IMG/VR virus record: IMGVR_UViG_3300021255_004486
Length of the DNA stretch: 64,000 bases
Source: an uncultured virus (IMG/VR IMGVR_UViG_3300021255_004486)
Taxonomy: Duplodnaviria; Heunggongvirae; Uroviricota; Caudoviricetes
Direction: 5' to 3' (one strand)
Shown here: positions 29,527 through 39,887 of the stretch, piece after piece
How the letters are laid out: each line of letters begins with the position of its first letter
Position numbering within the stretch: position 1 is the first letter of the stretch
Translations under genes and position numbers: made by a program
The notes under the pieces: generated by a model
What the model was told of the DNA's origin: nothing
Database searches by the model: none
What the model saw: only the letters and a program-made list of their open reading frames with translations

Positions 29527-31656
29527 ATGAAGATTAACATTCAGAAAAAAGATGGTCGTCTCCAGGCTTGGAATCCCGAGAAGATCATAGCAGCAGTCGC
29601 AAAGTCCGCTGCAAGAGTAGGGTATCACTTCTCTGATGCAGAGAATAAAGAGATCGTAGATTTCGTAGTTCGACGCATAGAGGCTTCCGAAAAGGAAGTT
29701 GTTGATATCACCGTTCTCCACACCTACGTGGAGATGGCACTTTCAGCCGTTAATCCCCAGGTAGCTCAGAGCTACAAGGATTATCGCAACTGGAAGTTAC
29801 AGTATGGCAAGGACTTCGATGAACTGTACCGCTTTGCAAACTCTATCCGTTTCCGCGGAGATAAGGAGAATGCAAACAAGGATACATCACTTGTATCCGT
29901 TCAGCAGGCGGTCATTCGTGGTCAGCTTGGAAGAACAATGTACAAGCGTACATTCCTTTCATCAGCCGAAATAGAAGCAGTAGAGGATGGTTACATTTAC
30001 ATCCATGATACCGATTTTCGTCTGGACACAATGAACTGCTGTCTGTTCAATATCCGCGAGGTACTTACCGGTGGATTTGAGATGGCTAATATGTGGTATA
30101 ACGAGCCCAAACGGCTTAGTACCGCATTCGAAGTCATCGGGGATGTCGTTCTTTCGGCAGCTCCACAACAGTATGGTGGTTTTACACTTCCGGAGATCGA
30201 TAAGGTTCTTGTTCCCTACGCAAAGAAGTCTTATGACAAATATATTCGTATGTTTGTTGAAGAGTGCGGAATGGAGCAGGAGGCAGCAGAGAAGCTCGCA
30301 TGGAAGAAGACTGTAAAAGAAGCCGAGCAGGGTTTCCAGGGATGGGAGTATAAGTTTAACACCGTTGGTTCATCCCGCGGTGATTATCCTTTCATCACCA
30401 TCTCATTCGGACTGTCAACAGATCGCTTCGGCAAGATGCTCTCCAAGGCAGCACTTACAGTAAGAGCACAGGGCCAGGGTGCAGATGGGCATAAAAAGCC
30501 CGTTCTTTTCCCGAAGCTCGTATTCTTATATGATGAGAAACTGCACGGAGCAGGCTGTGAGCTTGAGGACGTGTTCGAAGCAGGAGTTTACTGCTCATCC
30601 AAATCCATGTATCCCGACTGGCTCTCAATGAGCGGTGAAGGCTACATCGCTTCCATGTATAAGGAGTATGGAAAGGCAATATCCCCGATGGGATGTAGAG
30701 CCTTCCTGTCACCTTACTGGGAGAAGGGTGGTTTCTACAAGGCTGACGAGAGTGATACCCCGGTATTTGAAGGTAGATTCAATATCGGCGCGATATCACT
30801 TAATCTGCCCATGATTCTTGCCAAGGCTCAGCACGAGAGTAAGGACTTCTATGAAGTTCTTGATTTCTACCTTGAGATGATCAGAGGACTCCACAAGAGA
30901 ACTTATGATTATCTTGGCGAGATGAAGGCTTCAACCAACCCGCTTGGTTACTGCCAGGGTGGATTCCTCGGCGGACATCTTAAGCCGGACGATAAGATCG
31001 CTCCGATCCTTGATTCGGCAACAGCATCCTTCGGTATTACGGCTCTTAACGAGCTTCAGAGGCTCTACAATGAGAAATCTCTGGCCGAGGATGGCGAGTT
31101 TGCCCTTGAGGTTATGAGATACATAAATGATTATGTAGCTCGCATCAAGGAAGAGGATCATCACCTGTACGCAATCTACGGAACACCTGCGGAATCGCTT
31201 TGCGGTAAGCAGGTAAAGCAGTTCAGAAAGAAGTACGGTATTGTACCTAATGTCTCTGACAGAGAGTACGTATCCAACTCTTTCCACTGCCATGTTACCG
31301 AGGATATCACTCCTACAGAGAAGCAGGATCTCGAAAAGAGATTTTGGGAGCTTTGCAACGGCGGTAAGATTCAGTATGTAAGATACCCTGTATCCTACAA
31401 CACTAACGCTATCAAGGCACTTATCCGCCGCGCTATGGCAATGGGATTCTACGAAGGAGTCAACATGAGCCTTTCCTACTGCGATGACTGTGGTCACGAA
31501 GAGTTGGAGATGGGCGATTGTTGTCCGAAGTGTGGTTCCAAGAACCTCACGAAGATCGACCGCATGAACGGCTATCTTGCATTCAGCCGAGTTAAGGGAG
31601 ACACAAGACTTAACGAAGCAAAGATGGAAGAGATTGCCGACAGGAAATCGATGTAA
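29527..31656 (+). CDS. nrdD: Class III ribonucleoside-triphosphate reductase with ATP-cone
   Basis: KKDGR cone, IYIHD, NCC, QYGG, MGCR, TPAES, CxxC..CxxC, glycyl-radical loop RMNGYL. Confidence 0.96.
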   Translation: MKINIQKKDGRLQAWNPEKIIAAVAKSAARVGYHFSDAENKEIVDFVVRRIEASEKEVVDITVLHTYVEMALSAVNPQVAQSYKDYRNWKLQYGKDFDELYRFANSIRFRGDKENANKDTSLVSVQQAVIRGQLGRTMYKRTFLSSAEIEAVEDGYIYIHDTDFRLDTMNCCLFNIREVLTGGFEMANMWYNEPKRLSTAFEVIGDVVLSAAPQQYGGFTLPEIDKVLVPYAKKSYDKYIRMFVEECGMEQEAAEKLAWKKTVKEAEQGFQGWEYKFNTVGSSRGDYPFITISFGLSTDRFGKMLSKAALTVRAQGQGADGHKKPVLFPKLVFLYDEKLHGAGCELEDVFEAGVYCSSKSMYPDWLSMSGEGYIASMYKEYGKAISPMGCRAFLSPYWEKGGFYKADESDTPVFEGRFNIGAISLNLPMILAKAQHESKDFYEVLDFYLEMIRGLHKRTYDYLGEMKASTNPLGYCQGGFLGGHLKPDDKIAPILDSATASFGITALNELQRLYNEKSLAEDGEFALEVMRYINDYVARIKEEDHHLYAIYGTPAESLCGKQVKQFRKKYGIVPNVSDREYVSNSFHCHVTEDITPTEKQDLEKRFWELCNGGKIQYVRYPVSYNTNAIKALIRRAMAMGFYEGVNMSLSYCDDCGHEELEMGDCCPKCGSKNLTKIDRMNGYLAFSRVKGDTRLNEAKMEEIADRKSM

Positions 31657-31680
31657 TAAGGTTTTACCACCTTTTAAGAG

Positions 31681-31711
31681 AGGGCTCACGGTTTATTCCG
31701 TGGGCTCTTTT
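31681..31711 (+). terminator. Rho-independent terminator
   Basis: AGGGCTCACGG/CCGTGGGCTCT stem followed by a T-run. Confidence 0.75.
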
Positions 31712-31747
31712 CTTGATTACCGGCGAGAAGAATAATACAATATTTTT

Positions 31748-31795
31748 CGTGTACAGAAAATGCACATAAAACAGTTTTCTTACATACTTTATATA
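31748..31795 (+). promoter_or_regulatory. Bipartite motif copy (CGTGTACAGA-N25-CATACTT)
   Basis: cgtgtacagaaaatgcacataaaacagttttcttacatactttatata. Confidence 0.8.
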
Positions 31796-31836
31796 GAGGT
31801 TAAGATAAATCCATCCCAAACAGGAGGCAATATATA

Positions 31837-33816
31837 ATGAAGAGAAAGTTCAAAATAGTAGCAATAATCGCATTACTGGCAATCGTCCTGGTTGCTCTAA
31901 ACAGAGGCGGAGTATTTAAGAAAATATTCCACAAGAATACCGTTGTTCTTAATAATGGAGCAGAGCACGATATCGCCGGTTATATGGAGTCGCTTAAAAC
32001 CACCGATTCCGATATCGAGGGTATGAGCGTCTATGACAAGATACAGGCAGGACTTAATCCCGAGGACGGCGCTGACACCGACAACGACGGTCTTACAGAT
32101 AAGGAAGAGATAGAAACCTATAACTCCGATCCGTTAAAGGCTTCGACCGCAGACGACCTTTATACCGATGGTTATAAGATAGAGAACGGAATGGATGTAA
32201 ATACCCACTACGATTCCGATGAAACCGCATCTTTTCCCAATAATAAGTGCTCGGAAGTCACATTAAACGCCGAGACAGTAACAGACCTTAATGCAAAGGT
32301 TGACAACTACATAGTGGACTCGATAAACGGATATGACGTATACGACTCATATATCATCGAGGGCTATACCGGAGAGTTGAGCATAGATGTTTCAGATTTT
32401 GAGACCAAGGATTTATGTGTTCTTCTCACGAACTGGTATGGTGGAGACGCAAAGAAGATCAGTTACAGCCTTGACGGAAGTGAACTTACACCTAAATACT
32501 CATTTGCACATGATGAATCTAAGGTGTTAGTGCTCGCAAAGAAGAACGAGTCATTCTTCTTCGGCAATGCAAATGTAGATATCACAAGAAGAAGCGCAGA
32601 GTATAAGGCATTCGGTCTTGTGTCTTACACATTCACATCATTCGGGGCTTACACTCCTACAATATACTACACCGCATCTGACGATATGGAATCAGAGTCC
32701 AAGGCACTTTACGAGTTACAGAAATACCTCGTAAGAGACCTGGTGGACGCAGCATCACTCTTCTCTAAGGATTATCCTTACGAACCCGAAGAAGTGGTTA
32801 TGAAGTGCGTATCTGAGGCTGAATACTATACCAAACTCAACACATACAAAGCAATGCCGTTCTGTGCAGAAACCGCAGAAAGGTGCGATGAGTTCGGAAC
32901 TCACGGCATGTTTTTACAGGTGGTTCCATATAGCGACTTCCTTAAGGCATCGCAGAATACCGAATATGTCGATAACAAGGCGAACATAGACTTTAATGTA
33001 GCAGAAGACACCCTGCCGTTTAACAATTTTGCATCCGAATATATCAGTGTAGGCAACTGTGTAGGTATATCACATCTTACATCTACGCTGTATAACACCG
33101 GAAGAGCAGCAGATAACGGCTCATACACCAGTAGAAAGACTGGAAATAAGCTATCGTGGAACATATCGGGTGATCCCGAAAACCTCACGCTCACAGACCG
33201 TGGACTTTCAGACTATAAGGATGCAGGCTTTACCGAGCGTCACTTATCAGCAAAGACCTTCACTAACAGCCAGGGCAGCTACACAATAGATGTCCTCAAT
33301 GCAGGCTTGACCGATGGTGAGCAGGAGTTTGTTAAGATGCTCGGAGCCTACTCACAGGAAGGCAATAGGAGATTAGACGCATTCTTCATCGCGGAGCAGG
33401 GCTTTAAGACACAGATAAGATACTCCGGTGTAACCGCATACGATTACAGCCTTGTAGAGAATATGATCAAACGGTTCGACAATGGCGAGATACTCGATGC
33501 GCAGTTCGTATATACAGACGCAGAGGGAAACTGCTTTGGTCATACATTCAACCTTGTCGGATACACAACCAAAGATGAGTATGAAGATACAATCATAATC
33601 TACACATACGATAACTCATTCCCCGGCAATCTGTGTGACGGTGAAGAGATCAGACCTTACATGCTGATCAAGAAGAATGAAGACAATACATTCTCATACT
33701 ACTACAACCCTTGTGATGATCCCAACTACATCTTCACATCCGAAAGGGGCGATCAGACACCTTATGCAATGGTAGTGTATGACAACAACTGGAATGTACT
33801 CAACGACATGTCGTAA
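31837..33816 (+). CDS. Exported or membrane-anchored protein with TSP3-like Ca-binding repeats and possible papain-fold C-terminus
   Basis: Signal anchor; DTDNDGLTDKEE..DPLKASTADDLYTDGYK repeats; GNCVGIS..GHTF..YDNSFPG. Confidence 0.6.
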   Translation: MKRKFKIVAIIALLAIVLVALNRGGVFKKIFHKNTVVLNNGAEHDIAGYMESLKTTDSDIEGMSVYDKIQAGLNPEDGADTDNDGLTDKEEIETYNSDPLKASTADDLYTDGYKIENGMDVNTHYDSDETASFPNNKCSEVTLNAETVTDLNAKVDNYIVDSINGYDVYDSYIIEGYTGELSIDVSDFETKDLCVLLTNWYGGDAKKISYSLDGSELTPKYSFAHDESKVLVLAKKNESFFFGNANVDITRRSAEYKAFGLVSYTFTSFGAYTPTIYYTASDDMESESKALYELQKYLVRDLVDAASLFSKDYPYEPEEVVMKCVSEAEYYTKLNTYKAMPFCAETAERCDEFGTHGMFLQVVPYSDFLKASQNTEYVDNKANIDFNVAEDTLPFNNFASEYISVGNCVGISHLTSTLYNTGRAADNGSYTSRKTGNKLSWNISGDPENLTLTDRGLSDYKDAGFTERHLSAKTFTNSQGSYTIDVLNAGLTDGEQEFVKMLGAYSQEGNRRLDAFFIAEQGFKTQIRYSGVTAYDYSLVENMIKRFDNGEILDAQFVYTDAEGNCFGHTFNLVGYTTKDEYEDTIIIYTYDNSFPGNLCDGEEIRPYMLIKKNEDNTFSYYYNPCDDPNYIFTSERGDQTPYAMVVYDNNWNVLNDMS

Positions 33817-33833
33817 GAGGAGAGGAGAAACAA

Positions 33834-34610
33834 ATGGCTAAAAAGGTACTCATAGCAACACTTTCAGACTATTTATCATCAAACAATACCGATGGATACG
33901 ATCTGATCGAACTGATTTACCCCGAGGGGCAGGGAACCATTCCGGTCACTTCAATGGATAAGTTCCTTAATAAACCCATAAATCTTCACACGCTACATAA
34001 AGGCACATCCGTAGACAGTGCAATATCATACCTTGCAGGCTTGTATACCGGTAAAAATACAGATGTGTATATGTATGGCACAGCTTGTGCAGCTGTTCAC
34101 GCTATGATAACCAGTTCTTTTGAATGTAAAGCAGAACTGTTAACAAAGGCAAAGAAGAAGAGAGCAGTAGCAGAAAAGCCCAAGGCTGAAACAAAACAGT
34201 TCACACCCGAAGATGTAATGCCCAAACCTGTGCAGACACGCAAACCGCGCGCAAAGAAAGCTGATGTAGAAGTAAAAGAAGATCCGGCACCCGAAAAGGA
34301 AGAGGTAAAGAAACCCAAGACCACACCCAAGACTGCGTCCGAGGATGCTCCTGTACAGAAAAAATCTGCAAAGAATAAGGTTTCAGCCGATGAAATCCGG
34401 TCTTTCTTTAAGAAATACGACACAGCGGACTTTAAGGTCAGCGACCAGGGTATGAGTATTTACATTGGGATCAAGAACCATCTGACCAATAAGACAGACT
34501 TAAGAGAGTCATTAAAATCCATACTTATATTAGATGAAACCGTAGACAAGGTGCTTGCCATTATAAAAGGCGAGCCCGCCATTATGAAGTACGTTAAATC
34601 AACACTATGA
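33834..34610 (+). CDS. Hypothetical protein with K/P/E-rich linker
   Basis: 258-aa ORF with RBS, in operon. Confidence 0.6.
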   Translation: MAKKVLIATLSDYLSSNNTDGYDLIELIYPEGQGTIPVTSMDKFLNKPINLHTLHKGTSVDSAISYLAGLYTGKNTDVYMYGTACAAVHAMITSSFECKAELLTKAKKKRAVAEKPKAETKQFTPEDVMPKPVQTRKPRAKKADVEVKEDPAPEKEEVKKPKTTPKTASEDAPVQKKSAKNKVSADEIRSFFKKYDTADFKVSDQGMSIYIGIKNHLTNKTDLRESLKSILILDETVDKVLAIIKGEPAIMKYVKSTL

Positions 34611-34852
34611 GCTACAAAGCACCCGAAAGAACTGAATATCTAAGCGAATTCTTCTCGCGTTTGGTGGACTTTAACCTAATATCCGGGAATTTATTGTCCG
34701 CCAAAACCGACGAGGAGTTTGAGTTGTGGTTCGAGAAACTCGAACTCATAGATAAGCGGTATCTGTATCTGTTTATCAAGAAGAACCACAAAAAGATTCC
34801 GATTCGCAGGCTCAAGCTGATAAGAGACCGGTTCGACTATCGATTTATCTGA
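34607..34852 (+). CDS. Small hypothetical protein (candidate partner of the nucleotidyltransferase)
   Basis: ATGA overlap with the upstream gene, 81 aa. Confidence 0.55.
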   Translation: MSYKAPERTEYLSEFFSRLVDFNLISGNLLSAKTDEEFELWFEKLELIDKRYLYLFIKKNHKKIPIRRLKLIRDRFDYRFI

Positions 34853-34865
34853 GAAAGGAGAGGGC

Positions 34866-35588
34866 ATGGATATCTACGAATACAAGGAACTACCGTTATT
34901 TAAGGCACTTATAGAGCTAAACAATGCCCTTGTAGAGCAGAATGCGCCACACATTACACTTAATGCTGTTGGTGGCTTTGCACTTATGGTCAATGATGTA
35001 AGAGATAAGTCGGAACTGACCGATATCGACTATGTCGGGGAAGATTTACCGGATCTGGTATCAAAAATCTCCGATAAAATCGGTATACAGAACAATTTGG
35101 GCCGTGGGTGGATAAATAACGACATTATGCTTTCGGGAATGTCTATGGAGGATTTCGAACTGGCAACCGGAAAACTCCATTTTCTCGAAGCATTTAACCT
35201 TGATAAGATAACCGTGAACATTCTCACAACCGAGGATATCCTCAAACTCAAAGTAATCGCCGTTGACACGGCCTTATCAGCAATAGATAATGGCGGGGAC
35301 TTTACGAGAATGAAAGACTTCAAGGATGTATTAACCCTTACCAACAAGCTCGGGATCGAATTAGACAGCCTTTCAGATATGTTCAAAGACCAGATCGTCA
35401 ATATCAACACCGTGGCAGCGATTAAGACGTATAAGGAACTCGGAGCCAAAGGTGTTACAGATATGGTTGATCGCATACAGTACGAGTTTCAGAAGAATAA
35501 ATTCGAGAACAACAAGGACTACACGCGTTCATCGTTTATAGATAATATCATAAATAATGCGATGGCCCGGGCTCAATCAAGCAGATAA
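34866..35588 (+). CDS. Pol-beta superfamily nucleotidyltransferase (DUF6036/AbiEii-like)
   Basis: VGGFAL..TDID..WIN..LKLK..KDFKD. Confidence 0.7.
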   Translation: MDIYEYKELPLFKALIELNNALVEQNAPHITLNAVGGFALMVNDVRDKSELTDIDYVGEDLPDLVSKISDKIGIQNNLGRGWINNDIMLSGMSMEDFELATGKLHFLEAFNLDKITVNILTTEDILKLKVIAVDTALSAIDNGGDFTRMKDFKDVLTLTNKLGIELDSLSDMFKDQIVNINTVAAIKTYKELGAKGVTDMVDRIQYEFQKNKFENNKDYTRSSFIDNIINNAMARAQSSR

Positions 35589-35784
35589 TCCACAGAATCT
35601 ATAATGTGTTATACAGTACATTATATTATTTGATACATAATAACTTCGCAAAAGAAGTGTTGTGCGAAGTGATATGAGGCGGTATAATATATGTGGTAGC
35701 GCGACTTTGTATAAACTTTCGTGTTAATACACATATATTCCACTCTCCCATATATCACACTTATATTTGGAGGATTCAAGGAAT

Positions 35785-37530
35785 ATGGATAAGTACACCA
35801 AGTTTGCAGACAAGGCATATAGTGAAGCAGAAAAACTGTATACAAAGATTAAGCCGATATTACGCGGAGATTACAACGACGAGGCTGCGGTTGACAGGCT
35901 TCCGAACCGCGAAGAGATATACGAGCTACTTGATGCCTGGGAAAACCGATTTGGCGACAATGACACCCTCACACGTATAGTCAGTGTTGGTCATGCTCCA
36001 TACAGACTGCATATAAGGATAGTCTCTGAGGACTACTCCGCTGAACGATTTAATATCATATTAACCCTCAAAACTCGCGGTGATGTACTTATCAAAGATC
36101 GCGTCACGTCTCTTGATAAAACCGCATTTATGAGTGCTCTCCTTGCACTGTTTGATGAAGAGGATTTGAAAACCTACTTTAAGATGTCGCATGCGGAGAT
36201 AAAAGAACTGCTTCACGCTGTAAAAAAGCCGGTCTCAGTAAAAGTAAAGCCTAAAGTGGCACTCTCACTCTCCTCTCCCACCAAGGCATCTGCAAACACG
36301 ATGAACAGCGCCACATCCTCCGCCGTATCTTCTTCTTTCCTCGGCCTTACAACCGACACAGAGAATGAATATGCCTCAGACAAGGGAATGCTTGATTACC
36401 TTGAGGATGCAGGATTTGACTATCTTCTGCCCCAGGAAGACGTTAAGGATATCTATAACGTCGATCCGGCGAATACGATCATCAATAACATCTATGATGG
36501 CAACTACGATGATGAAGAAGACGGAGAAAGAAGCTTCTATAATGACATATACAGTATGGAATCTGAGCCTTACGAATACAAGGACGAAGAGTCCGATGAT
36601 GATATCGATAATATAAGCTATTATCGGTTAAAAGAGATATTTTCGTGTACAGAGCTTTCAGACGATGAGTTCCTTAAGAGTACGCCCTGGGGGCTGATGG
36701 GAATTACCGCACATCAGTTTCACAAAATCTCCGCTGCAAACTTTACAGAGCTCAATTTTGACATATTTGTCGAGCGTATGACAAATCAGTTTATCATTGA
36801 GACTATCCCCGATGTGGATAATCGCATCCGGTATGCTACTCTCTTTGCAAACTCTAATATGAACTACGCGAATTACCACTTTAACAATACGGACGATGCT
36901 CTGTATATCCTTAAATTGGGAAGCGGGCGTACACTTAACGAGGCGATTATGCTCACTCAGTTATATGTTGATTATGTACTCTCCCGCCATAATGCCCAGG
37001 AATACAACGATGAGTTTATACTCGGCGCAGATAACCCCGAACATCCTTACTACACTTATCCACTCTATCCAAAGCCGAGTGCCATAAAGGACTTACATGA
37101 TAAAGCCACAAGGGATGCCGTAACATACTCCGATAAAAAGAGCGAGTTAGAGCGTGAAAAACTCAACGAACTGATCACAGAGTATATAAATACTCCCGAA
37201 TATAGGAAATTCTTATACAGAGGAAAAGACTACTCTGTTATAGAGGCTAAGAGCGTTGAAGACCTAAAGGAAGAAGGCAAAGCCTTGAATCACTGTATTG
37301 GCACGTATGGGAATAAGTTTGCATCCCGCCAGTGTGCGATATATTTCGTGAGACGGAATAAAGAGATAGATACACCCTTCTACAGCGCTGAAATCCTCAT
37401 AAAGGACGGTCATAATGAACTGTCGCAGCTTTACACATACGCTGATAGCACAGATAAGACTGATGACTTCCGTGCTTTTGTCGAGGAATGGTGCAGAGTA
37501 AAGAAATTGTATGTCACTTGCGCTCTGTAG
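35785..37530 (+). CDS. PcfJ-domain protein
   Basis: YPKPSAIKDLHD..DLKEEGKALNHCIGTY..IYFVRR..PFYSAE. Confidence 0.8.
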   Translation: MDKYTKFADKAYSEAEKLYTKIKPILRGDYNDEAAVDRLPNREEIYELLDAWENRFGDNDTLTRIVSVGHAPYRLHIRIVSEDYSAERFNIILTLKTRGDVLIKDRVTSLDKTAFMSALLALFDEEDLKTYFKMSHAEIKELLHAVKKPVSVKVKPKVALSLSSPTKASANTMNSATSSAVSSSFLGLTTDTENEYASDKGMLDYLEDAGFDYLLPQEDVKDIYNVDPANTIINNIYDGNYDDEEDGERSFYNDIYSMESEPYEYKDEESDDDIDNISYYRLKEIFSCTELSDDEFLKSTPWGLMGITAHQFHKISAANFTELNFDIFVERMTNQFIIETIPDVDNRIRYATLFANSNMNYANYHFNNTDDALYILKLGSGRTLNEAIMLTQLYVDYVLSRHNAQEYNDEFILGADNPEHPYYTYPLYPKPSAIKDLHDKATRDAVTYSDKKSELEREKLNELITEYINTPEYRKFLYRGKDYSVIEAKSVEDLKEEGKALNHCIGTYGNKFASRQCAIYFVRRNKEIDTPFYSAEILIKDGHNELSQLYTYADSTDKTDDFRAFVEEWCRVKKLYVTCAL

Positions 37531-37545
37531 CATGCGAGGTTAACA

Positions 37546-38655
37546 ATGATTACTGATTACAATACCATCTCATTCAAAGAAAAACGTGCAGATGCCTGTC
37601 AAAGGCGTATAGATGACCTATTGGAGGTCTTGCCCGAGTTTTGCACGCAATATGAGGCATTTATGCACTCAAAGACGGTCATTAAGACACGGATGGAGTA
37701 TTTGCAGGACATCAATACGTTCTTTAGATATTTATGTCAAAAGAACCCGCTCATCAAAGTCATCCGAACAGATATCACCCCACAGCTCCTTGAAAAGCTC
37801 AATGGGTTTGATTTTGATGATTATAATATCTGGCTGTCGAATTACACCTTAAATGATAAGGATGAGCCCATCCATAACTCAAATGTTACGATCAGACGTA
37901 AATACGCCGGCCTTAAATCACTCTTCCATTACCTCTATATACGAGAAATCATCAGTTGCAATCCAACGGAAAAGGCTGTCATGCCGACTGTTAGGCAGAA
38001 GAAACGTAAAGATATCCGCATTTTAGAGGATGATGAATATCATTTATTCCTCAACACGATAGAAAATGCGTATACAGAAAGTATAGAACGCTCAAAGCTG
38101 CCGGACGCATCAGAACGTGACAGAGTCCGCCCTTCACTTATATTAAGGGATAAGGCTATCATCTACTTATTCCTTGGAACCGGACTGCGTGTATCAGAGC
38201 TGTGCGCTATAGATTGTAGTAATATATCTTTTCAGCTTGGATATATCAATGTCATCAGAAAGGAAGATTCCGATGATGCTACAACCACGGATCGGGTTTA
38301 TATGAATCCGCAAGTGGCTACTCTCCTATCCGACTATATCAATACTGCAAGAGACATAATTGGCCCGGGGATGGATAATTATGATGCGCTCTTTATAAGC
38401 AGCAAGCATACCAGGATCACTCCGCGCGCGGTTGAGTTAATAATAAAAGATTATGCAGATAAAGCTCTTGGAACCGGCAATGGGATCACTCCACATAAGC
38501 TCCGTGCCACTTTTGGCACCAGATATCAACGTGAATTTGGCGATATCTCCGCCACACAGTCGGTGATGAATCACTCAGACGTATCCGTTACCGCAAAGTA
38601 TTACTTACAGGAAGATAAAGAAGCGAAGGAACGCGTGCGAGATATGAAGATATGA
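37546..38655 (+). CDS. XerC/XerS-like tyrosine recombinase
   Basis: RD..GTGLRVSEL, ITPHKLRATF, NHSD, TAKYY catalytic set. Confidence 0.92.
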   Translation: MITDYNTISFKEKRADACQRRIDDLLEVLPEFCTQYEAFMHSKTVIKTRMEYLQDINTFFRYLCQKNPLIKVIRTDITPQLLEKLNGFDFDDYNIWLSNYTLNDKDEPIHNSNVTIRRKYAGLKSLFHYLYIREIISCNPTEKAVMPTVRQKKRKDIRILEDDEYHLFLNTIENAYTESIERSKLPDASERDRVRPSLILRDKAIIYLFLGTGLRVSELCAIDCSNISFQLGYINVIRKEDSDDATTTDRVYMNPQVATLLSDYINTARDIIGPGMDNYDALFISSKHTRITPRAVELIIKDYADKALGTGNGITPHKLRATFGTRYQREFGDISATQSVMNHSDVSVTAKYYLQEDKEAKERVRDMKI

Positions 38656-38720
38656 CTTCGGTACAACCGAATATACATGTTTTCGGCGAAATTACAAAAT
38701 GGATCACTCTGATTGATTAG

Positions 38721-39884
38721 TTACCTATTCCCCTTGGCTCTATTATGCGTTTTGCATAGCATCTGACAATTACTTGCGTCCGTGGCTCCGCCATTACTCC
38801 AGGCGGTGACATGGTCAGCATCCATCTCATTGAGCTTATATATGCGGTTTTTGTTACTGTCGTGTCCTATGGCACAAAGCGGGCAGTTGGATGTGCCATC
38901 CCTTTCAGCCTTGTCTGTCTGTTTTTTATAAACGGATCTCTTGGTTGGATCATCAAAGATACGTATATCAAGGAGCTCCGGCTCATTACACCCACCCAAA
39001 ATATATTCAAATACGCCTTTTCGGTCTTTTACATAGTAGTCGGCATACAATTCCTGTAATTTTTGGTGTACAGAGATCGGATCGTAGGCATTTTGGTGAT
39101 ACTTTTCGTAATACTCTCCCCACGGTCTACCGCGCATCTCACTTTCCACATCAGTAAATACGGACGATATCCAGTCAATGACCGAGGTAAAGTAGGTCTT
39201 AAGCTCCGTGATATTATCATCGTAACGATGCATGCTCATATATGCGTCAATGTTGCCCTTAGACACCCAATTAAGAGCCTCTCGAAGATAATCCTGGCGT
39301 TTTACATCGCCTTTTATATACGCGCTCCATTTCTGTACAAGAGAATTTTGCGAATTTGAGAATTCCTCTTTCGCCTTGGTTACAAAGGGGCCGGAATGGA
39401 TCGCATTTGCTACTTCCTGCTCGTTAAGTGGCATTCCAACGATATTGATAGTCTTAAACCACTCCTTAATCTCCGATTCAGTACCCTCACAGATATATAT
39501 GGTCAGCTTTGCATCAGATATCATCTTCTTTTGATCATCCGCAAGGCCATCATAGTACCTGGGAGTGTCATTTTGGTCAAATACCGAGAATTTCCCTGTG
39601 AGATATCGACCAAAGCTCGTAATACGCTGCTGACCGTCTAAAACCTCATACTTATCATCTGCTACCTTCACAAAGTACAACAATCCGAGCGGATATCCCT
39701 TTAATAAGCTGTCAATAACTGCCACATCGTGCTTCCCATCAGCATAGATGTAGTTACGCTGATATTCGGGCTGAATAACGAGCTTTCCGCCCCAACCGTA
39801 GAGTCCACGGCCCTCGTATTCGTTATAGACAAAGCCATTACAGATGTCTTCTACTGTGAGATCAGTTAAAAGTGTTGTTTCCAT
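38721..39884 (-). CDS. DUF262 (GmrS/ParB-like) plus HNH endonuclease
   Basis: PEYQRNY, LDGQQR, F..IN..G..L; C-terminal [23 protein letters not shown]. Confidence 0.88.
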   Translation of the reverse strand: METTLLTDLTVEDICNGFVYNEYEGRGLYGWGGKLVIQPEYQRNYIYADGKHDVAVIDSLLKGYPLGLLYFVKVADDKYEVLDGQQRITSFGRYLTGKFSVFDQNDTPRYYDGLADDQKKMISDAKLTIYICEGTESEIKEWFKTINIVGMPLNEQEVANAIHSGPFVTKAKEEFSNSQNSLVQKWSAYIKGDVKRQDYLREALNWVSKGNIDAYMSMHRYDDNITELKTYFTSVIDWISSVFTDVESEMRGRPWGEYYEKYHQNAYDPISVHQKLQELYADYYVKDRKGVFEYILGGCNEPELLDIRIFDDPTKRSVYKKQTDKAERDGTSNCPLCAIGHDSNKNRIYKLNEMDADHVTAWSNGGATDASNCQMLCKTHNRAKGNR

Positions 39885-39887
39885 AGG

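Noticed and set aside
30931..31689. 252-aa antisense ORF, and similar shadows over topB, the GGDEF gene and virB4
   Set aside because: These lie opposite well-supported genes; they are codon-bias shadows with no RBS or motifs.
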